51,817 bases of DNA, taken from contig JANRLW010000117.1 of NCBI GenBank assembly GCA_033762295.1, positions 1 to 51,817 of the forward strand. Reading direction: 5' to 3'. Positions 8,390 through 17,019 of this stretch are shown here, piece by piece; position 1 is the stretch's first letter, and every line of letters begins with the position of its first letter. The notes under the pieces are model-generated. The model made no database searches. It worked only from the letters and a program-made list of their open reading frames with translations, and had not been told where the DNA came from. The DNA is from Capsulimonadales bacterium (GTDB lineage Bacteria > Armatimonadota > Armatimonadia > Armatimonadales > Armatimonadaceae). Position numbers and translations under genes: made by a program.

Positions 8390-9454
8390 TTAACGGGTTC
8401 CGGTGGAAATCGTCCGCCCCAGAGCCCGCAACGTCTTTTTGAAATTTTCCGCCCGGGTTCGGAAATCGTTTCCGCTGCCCAGTTCGAAGGCCAGACCCTG
8501 TGTGCCTTCCAGTAGCGAAAGGTAGACGCCGCTGGTCGGGTCCTGAGTGCGAATCACCAGATAGAGCTGCTTGATGCCTCCGGATCGTACCGCCTGAATC
8601 ACCTGGTCGATATTTTGGGCCTCCACATCCGGAATATGCGGAGGCGCATCGGTGACCAGAACGATGACACGGCTGGCATCCTCGGCGAACGGTTGCCGCA
8701 CGGCGAGGAGCAGGGCATCGAGGCTGGATTCCGGGATATCGCCGCCGCCGCCCGCTCGAAGACGCGAGACTTCCCGGCGGAAGACGGAGGCGTCTTTGGT
8801 GAACGCCTCCCCGTCGAACCGGAAAACGAACGATTCCTCTCCGTTGAAACGATCGCCGAACGCCAGCAGACCGACACGGACCCGAATCCCGTCCCGTTCG
8901 ATCTCGGCGACAAAATCGAGGATCGTGTCACGAATCGCATCGATCTCCCCCTGCATGCTGCCGGTACAGTCGACGACGAACAGGATGTCCGCCTTTCGCA
9001 CCATCGGCGTCATCGGCGAAGCGCTGCGAATCCGGTCGAGCGTCTCGCGGAAATCCGGAAAGGCGCCGGGCTGCTGAGGAGCGTTGCCGGGAACGGTCGG
9101 ACGAACCACGGTGGTCGGTGTCGATTCGGAAGCGGGAACGGTAACCGATTCGCTTTTCGCAGATACCGTTCGTCCGAGGACGTTCGGCGCGTATACCTGA
9201 GTCGCCTCGGAAAGCGGCGGACCGGCTTCTCCGTAGGCGACCGTTTTTTCCGTGGGAAAGGAGGATTTCTCGACCTCGGCCCGAATACCGGTTTCGGCCG
9301 CCGGAGCCTCCTGGGGCAGCAACATCGTGACGGATGCCGGGGTACGGACATTCACGACCGCGCTTGCGCCATCCGCACTCAGGGCTTTGCCGCACTCGCT
9401 ACAGAATTTCGCGGTATCGGTATTTCCCGAACCGCAAACCGGACACATGATCAT
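8390..9454 (-). CDS. Zinc-ribbon + von Willebrand factor A (vWA) domain protein
   Basis: CPVCGSGNTDTAKFCSECG; MIDAS-type DILFVVDCTGSM, GGGDIPES, VLVTDAPPH. Confidence 0.88.
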   Translation of the reverse strand: MIMCPVCGSGNTDTAKFCSECGKALSADGASAVVNVRTPASVTMLLPQEAPAAETGIRAEVEKSSFPTEKTVAYGEAGPPLSEATQVYAPNVLGRTVSAKSESVTVPASESTPTTVVRPTVPGNAPQQPGAFPDFRETLDRIRSASPMTPMVRKADILFVVDCTGSMQGEIDAIRDTILDFVAEIERDGIRVRVGLLAFGDRFNGEESFVFRFDGEAFTKDASVFRREVSRLRAGGGGDIPESSLDALLLAVRQPFAEDASRVIVLVTDAPPHIPDVEAQNIDQVIQAVRSGGIKQLYLVIRTQDPTSGVYLSLLEGTQGLAFELGSGNDFRTRAENFKKTLRALGRTISTGTR

Positions 9455-9590
9455 GATGATGGTTTCTTTTTTCCCGTTTTTCGTCTTCGGGCAATGCTAA
9501 TCGCACCCATTTGAAGACGAATTAAGTATATATTTAACTTATATTAACCGAAACGCACCCATCGTGGCTAATGTCGACCGCTATCTTTCA

Positions 9591-10967
9591 TTATATAGCG
9601 AAAAGGTCCCGCCAGGCGACGTCTTCTTCGACTTTGAAGAACGAAAAGCGGAGAAATACATCACCCACCAGAATACGATCGTCGTGCTTTAATTCGGCGA
9701 AATCGGGACCGATCCGGACCCCGCCCAGCAATGTACCGTTCTTGCTGCCGACATCCCGAACGAAATACCGGTTACCGTCGCGCAGGAATTCCAGATGCCG
9801 TCGGCTGACGCTCGGTTCGTCCCCGGCGATGTCCGCTCTGCCGACGGTTCGGACCTCCTTGTCCGCAATCCCCAGAACCGTGCGCGCGCCGACGTTGGTT
9901 CCGGACTCGACGATCAGCAACGGACTGACCACACGCCGATTTCCCGACGCAGGAATCGCCTCCGGCCATCCCTTCGGGTTCACGCCGGCCTCGGCGGTCA
10001 TTCCGACGGAGGTTGCTTCGGCCGGAAACACGTCGAACCCGAAAGACGGACGGGGCGCCATTCCGAGTTCGTACAGAATCTCCGCCACCGAACCGTAACG
10101 TTCCTCCGGAGCGACCCGCAACATCCGTTCCACGACCGGCGCGGCGTTCCCAACGAAGGCACACGAAAAATCATGCATCGGTACGGCGGTGGCGGGTCGA
10201 GTGGAAAGGTACGAGAGAAACTGGGAAAGGTCCCAACCGGCACGGTACCAGTAGTGCTTTCCCATCGCCAGTTCGTAGAACAGATGGCCCAGAGCGAAGA
10301 TATCGGTCCGTGCGTCGGCCGCCAGTGCGCCCTCCACAAAAAGCTCCGGCGACATGTAGAGCGGCGTCCCCAGCCACTGGCCGGAGACCGTGATATTTTT
10401 ATCCTTGACCTTGGCGATCCCGAAATCGATGATCTTGACCATGCCGTCCTCGGAAATCAGGACGTTATCGGGCTTCAGGTCGCGGTGGATGATGTTATGC
10501 CGATGCGCATCCGCCACCCCGGTCAGCAATTGCTTCAGGATATCGGCACGACGCGCATTGTTGAGAGGGATCGGAGCGACCGCCTCACGGAGCGGTCGCC
10601 CCTTGAAATACTCGAAGAGGATCAGGTACGTCTGTTCGTCCCACTGCCGCATGCCGAAGGAACGGATCACGTGCGGCGATTCGATGGCGATTCCCGCCTC
10701 CCGCTGAATCCGTTCGATCAACTGCATGGACGAGACCTGCTCCGAACCGAGCGCAACCTCCCGCAGGACCTTCAATGCGTAGGAAACGCCGGTCAGCGGA
10801 TCGGAGACCCGGCAGACCAGAGCGAACCCGCCCGCGCCGAGGATTTCCTCAACCCGTGCCGTCCCCAGCGGTCCGATGCCGACCGGCAGTGAGGCTCCGG
10901 GCGTCAACAGCGCGTCGATCCCGCCCGATCCCGTCGTTCCCTGCGGCGATAACGGGGCGAAGGTCAT
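9591..10967 (-). CDS. Ser/Thr protein kinase with C-terminal FHA domain
   Basis: LGAGGFA, YALK, HRDLKPDN, DFG, GTPLYMSPE; FHA motifs VGR, VSRRH, DVGSKNGT. Confidence 0.93.
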   Translation of the reverse strand: MTFAPLSPQGTTGSGGIDALLTPGASLPVGIGPLGTARVEEILGAGGFALVCRVSDPLTGVSYALKVLREVALGSEQVSSMQLIERIQREAGIAIESPHVIRSFGMRQWDEQTYLILFEYFKGRPLREAVAPIPLNNARRADILKQLLTGVADAHRHNIIHRDLKPDNVLISEDGMVKIIDFGIAKVKDKNITVSGQWLGTPLYMSPELFVEGALAADARTDIFALGHLFYELAMGKHYWYRAGWDLSQFLSYLSTRPATAVPMHDFSCAFVGNAAPVVERMLRVAPEERYGSVAEILYELGMAPRPSFGFDVFPAEATSVGMTAEAGVNPKGWPEAIPASGNRRVVSPLLIVESGTNVGARTVLGIADKEVRTVGRADIAGDEPSVSRRHLEFLRDGNRYFVRDVGSKNGTLLGGVRIGPDFAELKHDDRILVGDVFLRFSFFKVEEDVAWRDLFAI

Positions 10968-12061
10968 GCCCGTACCTCCGCGAGCGGCGGCGAAGGCACA
11001 TTATCCGGAAAATCGGACGGATGCGGGTTCACCGGACCCATATCCGGAATGACCGTCATCAACGGCGTGCCGGGTCGGAGCCCGTGCCGGTAAACGATCA
11101 CCGTCTGATTGTCGTGTTCGCCGGACCGGCGTGCGTGGACGACCAGTTCGGTCGCCGCATCGGCGACCGCCCCTCCGGCGGATGTGAGCAGGTTCCCCAG
11201 AACGGCTTCCTCCGGAAAACTGTTGCTCACACCATCGCTGCATAGCACCAGATAGTCTCCCGGCACCAGGGTCAGAGTTCGCACCGGCATTTCGTTCGGC
11301 AAGTTCGGGCCTCCGATATAATGTTCGAGCTGGCATCGCCCTTCATGGACACGCGCCATCTCCGCCGTAATCAGGTTCGCCTTCAGCAACATACCCGCCA
11401 GGCTGTGGTCCTCCGTGAGGTGGACGACCATCCCGCCGTCCGGACGCACATGGTACGCCGGGCTGTCCCCGACATTGATGACCGCCGCCGTATCCCCGAC
11501 GACGACCGCCGCCACCAGCGTCGCTCCCGACCGGTTCCAGCCGTTCATTTCGGCGATTCGCTGAACATGGGCGGAAACCAGCGGCATCATCGAAACCATC
11601 GCCCGGCCGATCTCCTCCGACGTCGGGACGGATCCCTCACCATTCAGACGAGGCAGGATGGCAAACTGTTCGAAAAGGAGAAGGGCCAGTTTACGCAATG
11701 TCTCCCGACTGGCGTGTTCCCCGAAATCATGCCCTCCCATACCGTCGGAAAGTGCCAGAAGCACCGCCGGCGCATCGCCTCCGATCGGCAGCGTCTGAAC
11801 GAAATAGCTGTCCTCGTTATTCGAACGGCCGTTCGTCTGGCTGCACACCGCCACCGCCGCCGGGCCCTCCGCCCCGTTCCCGGAATCGACCGGGACCGGT
11901 CCCGAAGACGGGCGCAGGTCGTCCGGCGCTTCCTTCAACGTGTCCTCCGACATATCGTCCAGCGTATCCTCAACCACGACCGGCGTGAGCGGCGAAACGG
12001 AATCGCTCCGCACCGGGTCGTCCTCCATCCTTCGTTCCACGGTGAACATATCGGTCGTCAT
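10964..12061 (-). CDS. PP2C-family Ser/Thr protein phosphatase
   Basis: RSNNEDS, LSDGMGGH, GATL, NVGDS, LTEDHS, LCSDGV, HDNQT; ATGA overlap with the kinase start. Confidence 0.93.
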   Translation of the reverse strand: MTTDMFTVERRMEDDPVRSDSVSPLTPVVVEDTLDDMSEDTLKEAPDDLRPSSGPVPVDSGNGAEGPAAVAVCSQTNGRSNNEDSYFVQTLPIGGDAPAVLLALSDGMGGHDFGEHASRETLRKLALLLFEQFAILPRLNGEGSVPTSEEIGRAMVSMMPLVSAHVQRIAEMNGWNRSGATLVAAVVVGDTAAVINVGDSPAYHVRPDGGMVVHLTEDHSLAGMLLKANLITAEMARVHEGRCQLEHYIGGPNLPNEMPVRTLTLVPGDYLVLCSDGVSNSFPEEAVLGNLLTSAGGAVADAATELVVHARRSGEHDNQTVIVYRHGLRPGTPLMTVIPDMGPVNPHPSDFPDNVPSPPLAEVRA

Positions 12062-12259
12062 ACTCCCATTGTCGGCAGTTTCGAAAGGGACATTAGCGGC
12101 AGAACCGAAGCACGCTGACGGCGCATCCTTACCTCAGGGATTCTACCCAGTATTTCTAACAGGCTAACCGGGAAGGCGATCCCGGCAGAGGCAGGGTGGG
12201 CGGGACGGAGAGGGAGACCCGAATATCGGACGGAACCTCCCTCCGGATTCTGCGAGCGG

Positions 12260-12742
12260 TTATTTGGTAATCGAGGTGATTTCGTAGGTGGTGACACCGC
12301 CCGGGGTTTTGACGGTGACGACGTCTCCGACCTTGTGACCGATCAGGGCTTTACCGACCGGCGACATATTGGAGATCAGATTTTTATCGGGATCGGCTTC
12401 ATAAGGCGAAACCAGGGTCATGGTCCAGTCCTCCCCGTAATCGAGGTCGCGGACGGTCACAACCGAGCCAAGGCCGGCTTTATCGGTCGGAATCTCCTCC
12501 TCGTTGATGACCCGGGCATTGGTCAGGATCATTTTCAGATCGTAAATGCGTCCTTCAACGAACGCCTGAGCGTTCTTGGCCGCTTCGTACTCGGCGTTTT
12601 CGGTCAGGTCGCCGTAGTCCTTGGCATCGCGAATCCGGTTGGCGACCTCATGTCGGTCCACCGTGACCAGTCGATCCAGTTCCTCTTCGATATGCTGTCG
12701 CCCGTTTCGGGTCAGCAGGATAACCTCGTTCTCTTGCTCCAT
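12260..12742 (-). CDS. greA: Transcription elongation factor GreA
   Basis: LLTRNG...EEEL, AKDYGDLTENAEYEAAK, ISNMSPVGKALIG; start taken at MEQENE (12742). Confidence 0.96.
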   Translation of the reverse strand: MEQENEVILLTRNGRQHIEEELDRLVTVDRHEVANRIRDAKDYGDLTENAEYEAAKNAQAFVEGRIYDLKMILTNARVINEEEIPTDKAGLGSVVTVRDLDYGEDWTMTLVSPYEADPDKNLISNMSPVGKALIGHKVGDVVTVKTPGGVTTYEITSITK

Positions 12743-13091
12743 CAGTTGTCCGTTGATGCCTCCATCCGATTGGTTGAGCGCCGCCGCTTCGCCGGACCGA
12801 CCCGCTGTCACTTCCGGGCCATCGGAACGACCCGGAACGCAAGGAGTTCGATAGCTGGCCGCCGTGGCGATGGCGCGCGCTTCGCCGCTTCCCGGTCCCC
12901 GTCCGTGGCCTGCTTGCGAATTTGCCTCTTACTACGCAGGCGACGACCCAAAGTTCCCCGGAAGTCGGTTATTTTACACCAATTTCGCCGGACGAACCAT
13001 CCCGTCTCCCTTTTCGGACGTTTGATCCGTCGCCTTCAGGGGTCGCGCGTCGGGACTATTCCGATTGTCGGAAGATACGATACAATGATCT

Positions 13092-14693
13092 GTGAAATTT
13101 GACACATGGGATCTCCAGCGGGATGATGACACTCCGGAGGAGGAGTGCGGGATCTTCGGCGTCTTCGCTCCGGGTGTGGACGTCGCTCGAATGACCTTCT
13201 TCGGTCTGTTCGCGCTGCAGCACCGCGGACAGGAGTCTGCCGGTATCGCGACCGCCGACGGACAGGAGATTCGCCATCACCGCGAAATGGGGCTGGTTAC
13301 CCAGGTCTTTCACGAGGACGAGCTGGCGCGGTTGACCGGCCATATCGCCGTCGGGCACACGCGTTATTCCACCACCGGTTCCTCGGTCCTGCGGAACGCC
13401 CAGCCGGTCTACTGCCACTGTCTCCATTCCGACGGCAGCGTCGCCGTCGCGCATAACGGCAACCTGATCAATACCGAGGAGCTGCGGGCCGAGTTGGAGG
13501 CGGACGGCGTCCGCTTCGAAACGACCAACGATTCCGAAATTATCGCGCGCCTTCTGGTCCGCTACCGCGATCAGGGCCATTCGACGGCGGAATCGCTTCG
13601 CGAGACGATGAAGCGGATTCGCGGCGCGTACTCCGTGGCCGTCCTGACCGAAACCGAACTGCTCGCCGCCCGCGATCCGTACGGAGTCCGCCCGCTCTGT
13701 CTCGGACGACTGGGCGATGAACGCTGGGTCATCGCCTCGGAAACGTGCGCCCTGAACACGGTCGGCGCACACTTCGTTCGTGAGATCATTCCGGGAGAGA
13801 TCATTCTCATCAACGCCGAAGGATTGCGCCGCGTTCCGGGCGTCCCTCTGGAGGGAGAAGCCCTGTGCATGCTGGAGATGATCTACTTCGCCCGTCCGGA
13901 CAGCGTCATGTACGGTCAGTCCCTGCACGCGGCGCGTCAGCGTATGGGGATGGAACTCGCTCGCGAACATCCCGCCCCCGGAGCGGACCTGGTCATTCCC
14001 ATTCCGGACAGCGGGACCCCCGCCGCCCTGGGGTTCGCCAAAGCCTCGGGCATTCCGTTCGGAGAGGGGGTCATCAAGAACCGCTACATCCAGCGGACTT
14101 TCATTCAGCCGGATCAGCGTATGCGCGATCTCGGCGTTCGTATGAAACTGACCCCGATCCGAGAAGCCCTCGAAGGGAAGCGGATTGTCATGGTGGACGA
14201 CTCCATCGTTCGCGGCACGACGACCGGCAAAGTCGTTCGTCTGCTGCTGGAAGCCGGAGCGGAGGAAGTGCACGTTCGTATCTCCGCGCCCCCGGTAAAA
14301 TTCCCCTGCTTTTACGGGATCGACATGGCGACCCAGGACCAGCTTATCGCCGCGACCAAGTCGGTCGATGAGATCCGCCAGCATATTTCGGCGACCTCGC
14401 TGGGTTTCCTTTCCCGGGAGGGACTGTCGCGTGCGCTGTCCGTTCCGAACGATAACTTCTGCCTCGCCTGTTTCAGCGGGGAGTATCCGATCGAAGTTCC
14501 GGCGCACGTTCGGGTGAGCAAGTTCGCCTTCGAAATGCCGATGCAGGACCAAACGGGCGTCCGGCCCTCCGCGCATAACGGAAACGGTCACCGAACGAAA
14601 TCGCTCCCCGACGGCACCGAACGTGATCCCGGAATCGGCGTTTCGTTCGACGTCGAGGAGGTCGTTCGGGCGCAGGACAGCCTGGAAAAATAG
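13092..14693 (+). CDS. purF: Amidophosphoribosyltransferase
   Basis: EECGIFG, LQHRGQESAG, GHTRYST, VMVDDSIVRGTT, PCFYGIDM, FCLACFSG. Confidence 0.98.
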   Translation: MKFDTWDLQRDDDTPEEECGIFGVFAPGVDVARMTFFGLFALQHRGQESAGIATADGQEIRHHREMGLVTQVFHEDELARLTGHIAVGHTRYSTTGSSVLRNAQPVYCHCLHSDGSVAVAHNGNLINTEELRAELEADGVRFETTNDSEIIARLLVRYRDQGHSTAESLRETMKRIRGAYSVAVLTETELLAARDPYGVRPLCLGRLGDERWVIASETCALNTVGAHFVREIIPGEIILINAEGLRRVPGVPLEGEALCMLEMIYFARPDSVMYGQSLHAARQRMGMELAREHPAPGADLVIPIPDSGTPAALGFAKASGIPFGEGVIKNRYIQRTFIQPDQRMRDLGVRMKLTPIREALEGKRIVMVDDSIVRGTTTGKVVRLLLEAGAEEVHVRISAPPVKFPCFYGIDMATQDQLIAATKSVDEIRQHISATSLGFLSREGLSRALSVPNDNFCLACFSGEYPIEVPAHVRVSKFAFEMPMQDQTGVRPSAHNGNGHRTKSLPDGTERDPGIGVSFDVEEVVRAQDSLEK

Positions 14694-14729
14694 CGGCTTC
14701 CGCCCGGCTCGGACCGCGCACGGGTCCGC

Positions 14730-16082
14730 TCAGGAGGGCAAAGAAACGGTCCCCGTCGCCGGCAACGCGAGCGGCGGGAAAACGACCTCCGAGCCGGCAA
14801 TGATCGCCCGTGTCTCCCGTTGCGCCAGCAGTTCGGTCCAGTTTGCCGGCTTGACCATCTTCAGCCCCGGTATCAGTCCATCCCGGCCGATCTCCGCCAG
14901 CGCCTCCTCGATCGTCGTCAGAAACTCCGAGATCCGCTTGTTCGGGACATCGATCGCGGCAAGTTTCAAAAGGGTCGGCAGAGGGATACGACGGTACTCC
15001 TGCCGATATCGGCGCTGAACCTGATCGCAGTAGGCGAGGCAGAACCCGAGCAGGATCTGGTATTTCTGTCGAACGGGATGGTAGGTCAGAAGTTTCCCCG
15101 ACAGCACCGCGTACTGACCGTCCTTACCGGCCAGCCACTGATGCACCTCGCGCCCCGGATGATAGCGAAAACGGACCACGCTGGCGCCGGTCCCGCTCTC
15201 GCCCTGCGTCTCCGCTATTTCCAGGGCTTCGACCGAAAGAAGCCGTCCGAGCGACGCCCGTTTGGAAACGCGATTTCCGTTTTCGAGTTCGATCGCCTCT
15301 CCGGTTGGGACGCTGATCCGGCTCAGAAGGTACAGGTCACGTCCCTTCGCCAGAATGTCGTCGCGGTGGTACCCGCCCTTCCCCGCCTCTTTTCGCCGTT
15401 GAAACCGCAAAAGGTCGGAGGCATACGCCGTCATATACGTTTCGTGCGACGCTCCGGGGTTGCGTTCGAGCCAGAGGGCGATCAGGGCGAAGAAGGTCTG
15501 GGCGACCGACGCCCCATGTCGGGCAATCTGACGGATCGCCTCCTGCGGCCCCAAGCCCAGAAGATCATCGCACTCGAGCCGGACCTGCGTCTCACCGCGC
15601 TGCGCCGAAACCGCCAGACCATCCGTATCCGCTTTCCAGAGGTGGGGCGCAAATAGCAAAGCGAGGGTGTCGCGGGCGGGCAGTGCCGTCGGAACCCGGA
15701 GGAAATCCGGAAGGTTGGCCTTGATTCTCGGTCCGGTGCGAACCGGCACGGACCGTTCCGGCGGAGCCTCCCGCAGGATCTCCGTAACCGCCTGATCCCA
15801 GGCGCGCCGCGCCTCGACCCACCGGTTGATCCGCCGGGCGACGTCCCCCGGCAGAGCGACCTGCGCGTCGTCGGAGACGCCCGGCATCGGAAGAGTCGTG
15901 TAAAACGACGCGAAAGCCGTTCTGGCGTCGGCTTCGGCGGCGGTCAACTCCTCCAGCGCGGTCCGGAGAGCGGACTCCTCCGGCGTCAGCGTTTCGCCGA
16001 CCAGTCGTTTGGCCTCGATCGTTCCGAGCAGCCATTCCAGACGGTGGATCTCGTCCGCCGTCAATTCTTTCGCGGCGTTCAT
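14730..16082 (-). CDS. Hypothetical 450-aa protein, possibly a replication-initiator-like tandem winged-helix DNA-binding protein
   Basis: Long ORF with ATGA coupling to the upstream DUF4242 gene. The segment TFFALIALWL...TAYASDLLRFQRRK...GGYHRDD resembles Rep-type wHTH proteins (impression only). Confidence 0.75.
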   Translation of the reverse strand: MNAAKELTADEIHRLEWLLGTIEAKRLVGETLTPEESALRTALEELTAAEADARTAFASFYTTLPMPGVSDDAQVALPGDVARRINRWVEARRAWDQAVTEILREAPPERSVPVRTGPRIKANLPDFLRVPTALPARDTLALLFAPHLWKADTDGLAVSAQRGETQVRLECDDLLGLGPQEAIRQIARHGASVAQTFFALIALWLERNPGASHETYMTAYASDLLRFQRRKEAGKGGYHRDDILAKGRDLYLLSRISVPTGEAIELENGNRVSKRASLGRLLSVEALEIAETQGESGTGASVVRFRYHPGREVHQWLAGKDGQYAVLSGKLLTYHPVRQKYQILLGFCLAYCDQVQRRYRQEYRRIPLPTLLKLAAIDVPNKRISEFLTTIEEALAEIGRDGLIPGLKMVKPANWTELLAQRETRAIIAGSEVVFPPLALPATGTVSLPS

Positions 16083-16390
16083 CGGGCGTCCGGTCGCTCC
16101 GGCGGTTTCCCGGCCTGCGGATCATCGGCCTGACGGATGACTCCGACATGCCCCTCCAGTTCGAGCGCCGTGATGCCGTCGAGCGGTAGTTCCTGCCGTT
16201 TACACCAGGCCAGCACCGCCTCCTTGTCCGGAGCCTCGAGTAGCCAGACGATCCGGCCCTCGCTCAGAGAGTGGAAGGAACGGTAACCGCGCACCTCCGG
16301 GTCGTGCTGACCGGCGGAGGCGATATCTTCGATCCTTTCGGCGGTCAGCGATCCCGCCGGAAAGGTGTGAATGGTCATAAACTTGGGCAT
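16079..16390 (-). CDS. DUF4242 (SCO4226-like, nickel-binding-type) small protein
   Basis: MPKFMTIHTFPAG.LT.E...VRGYRSFHSLSEGRIVWLLEAPDKEAV..W...LP.D.I pattern. Confidence 0.75.
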   Translation of the reverse strand: MPKFMTIHTFPAGSLTAERIEDIASAGQHDPEVRGYRSFHSLSEGRIVWLLEAPDKEAVLAWCKRQELPLDGITALELEGHVGVIRQADDPQAGKPPERPDAR

Positions 16391-16417
16391 GCCACAGTGT
16401 ACCGCTCGTTCGTCCTT

Positions 16418-17008
16418 TCAACCGTTTTCGTCCCGCCCGACCCCGAGACCATCGGCGACCCGGTTGATGTAATTGAACCAGGAGGCGATCAGATTGATCT
16501 GAAGGATGCCGGTATCCTCGAACCCGACGGCGCGCAGGGCGGCCAGGTCGTCCGGCGTCACTTTTGCCGGGGCGTTTGTCAGCTTTTCGACATATTCCAG
16601 CATCGCCCGCTCTCGCTCCGAGAGATTCGCCGTTCGCCAGTCCGTTTTGATCGCTTCGGACAGTTCCTCATCGAGGGTCACCATACGCAGAAACTCTGCG
16701 TGAGATTCCGTTCAGTAAAAACACCGATTGAGGGCGGAAACCGTCGCCGCGATCATTTCGTGGTCACGGCGGGAGAGCGGTAGGTCCGGGTGCATGATCG
16801 CGCCGAAAGTGGAAAAGGCGTGTTCCAGCGCGTCCGGAATCAACGAATGCGACAGAACGATATTGTCATTCATGACCAGGGGATGAAGCGGCCGTCGCTC
16901 CGCCCGACCCTCCGCCTGATACTCCCGGGGATAGCGCTTCCCCTGCTTCGTCAATGCCTTTCCCACCCTCGGGTCCTCGTCCGGCCTCACCGTTTTGATC
17001 CACGTCAT
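16418..17008 (-). CDS. AhpD/carboxymuconolactone-decarboxylase-like peroxidase-related selenoprotein (196 aa, CxxU, UGA at 16714-16712)
   Basis: ORFs 16712..17302 and 16418..16684 are in the same frame, separated only by TGA: ...LSRRDHEMIAATVSALNRCFY-U-TESHAEFLRMVTLDEE...FNYINRVADGLG. ATG at 17008 with AGGAG RBS. Hairpin right after the UGA. Confidence 0.88.
16685..16701 (-). promoter_or_regulatory. Bacterial SECIS-like stem-loop
   Basis: ACGCAGA-GTT-TCTGCGT begins after a 10-nt spacer 3' of the in-frame UGA; 7-bp stem with a G/U-containing loop. Confidence 0.75.
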
Positions 17009-17019
17009 CGTCGTTCTCC

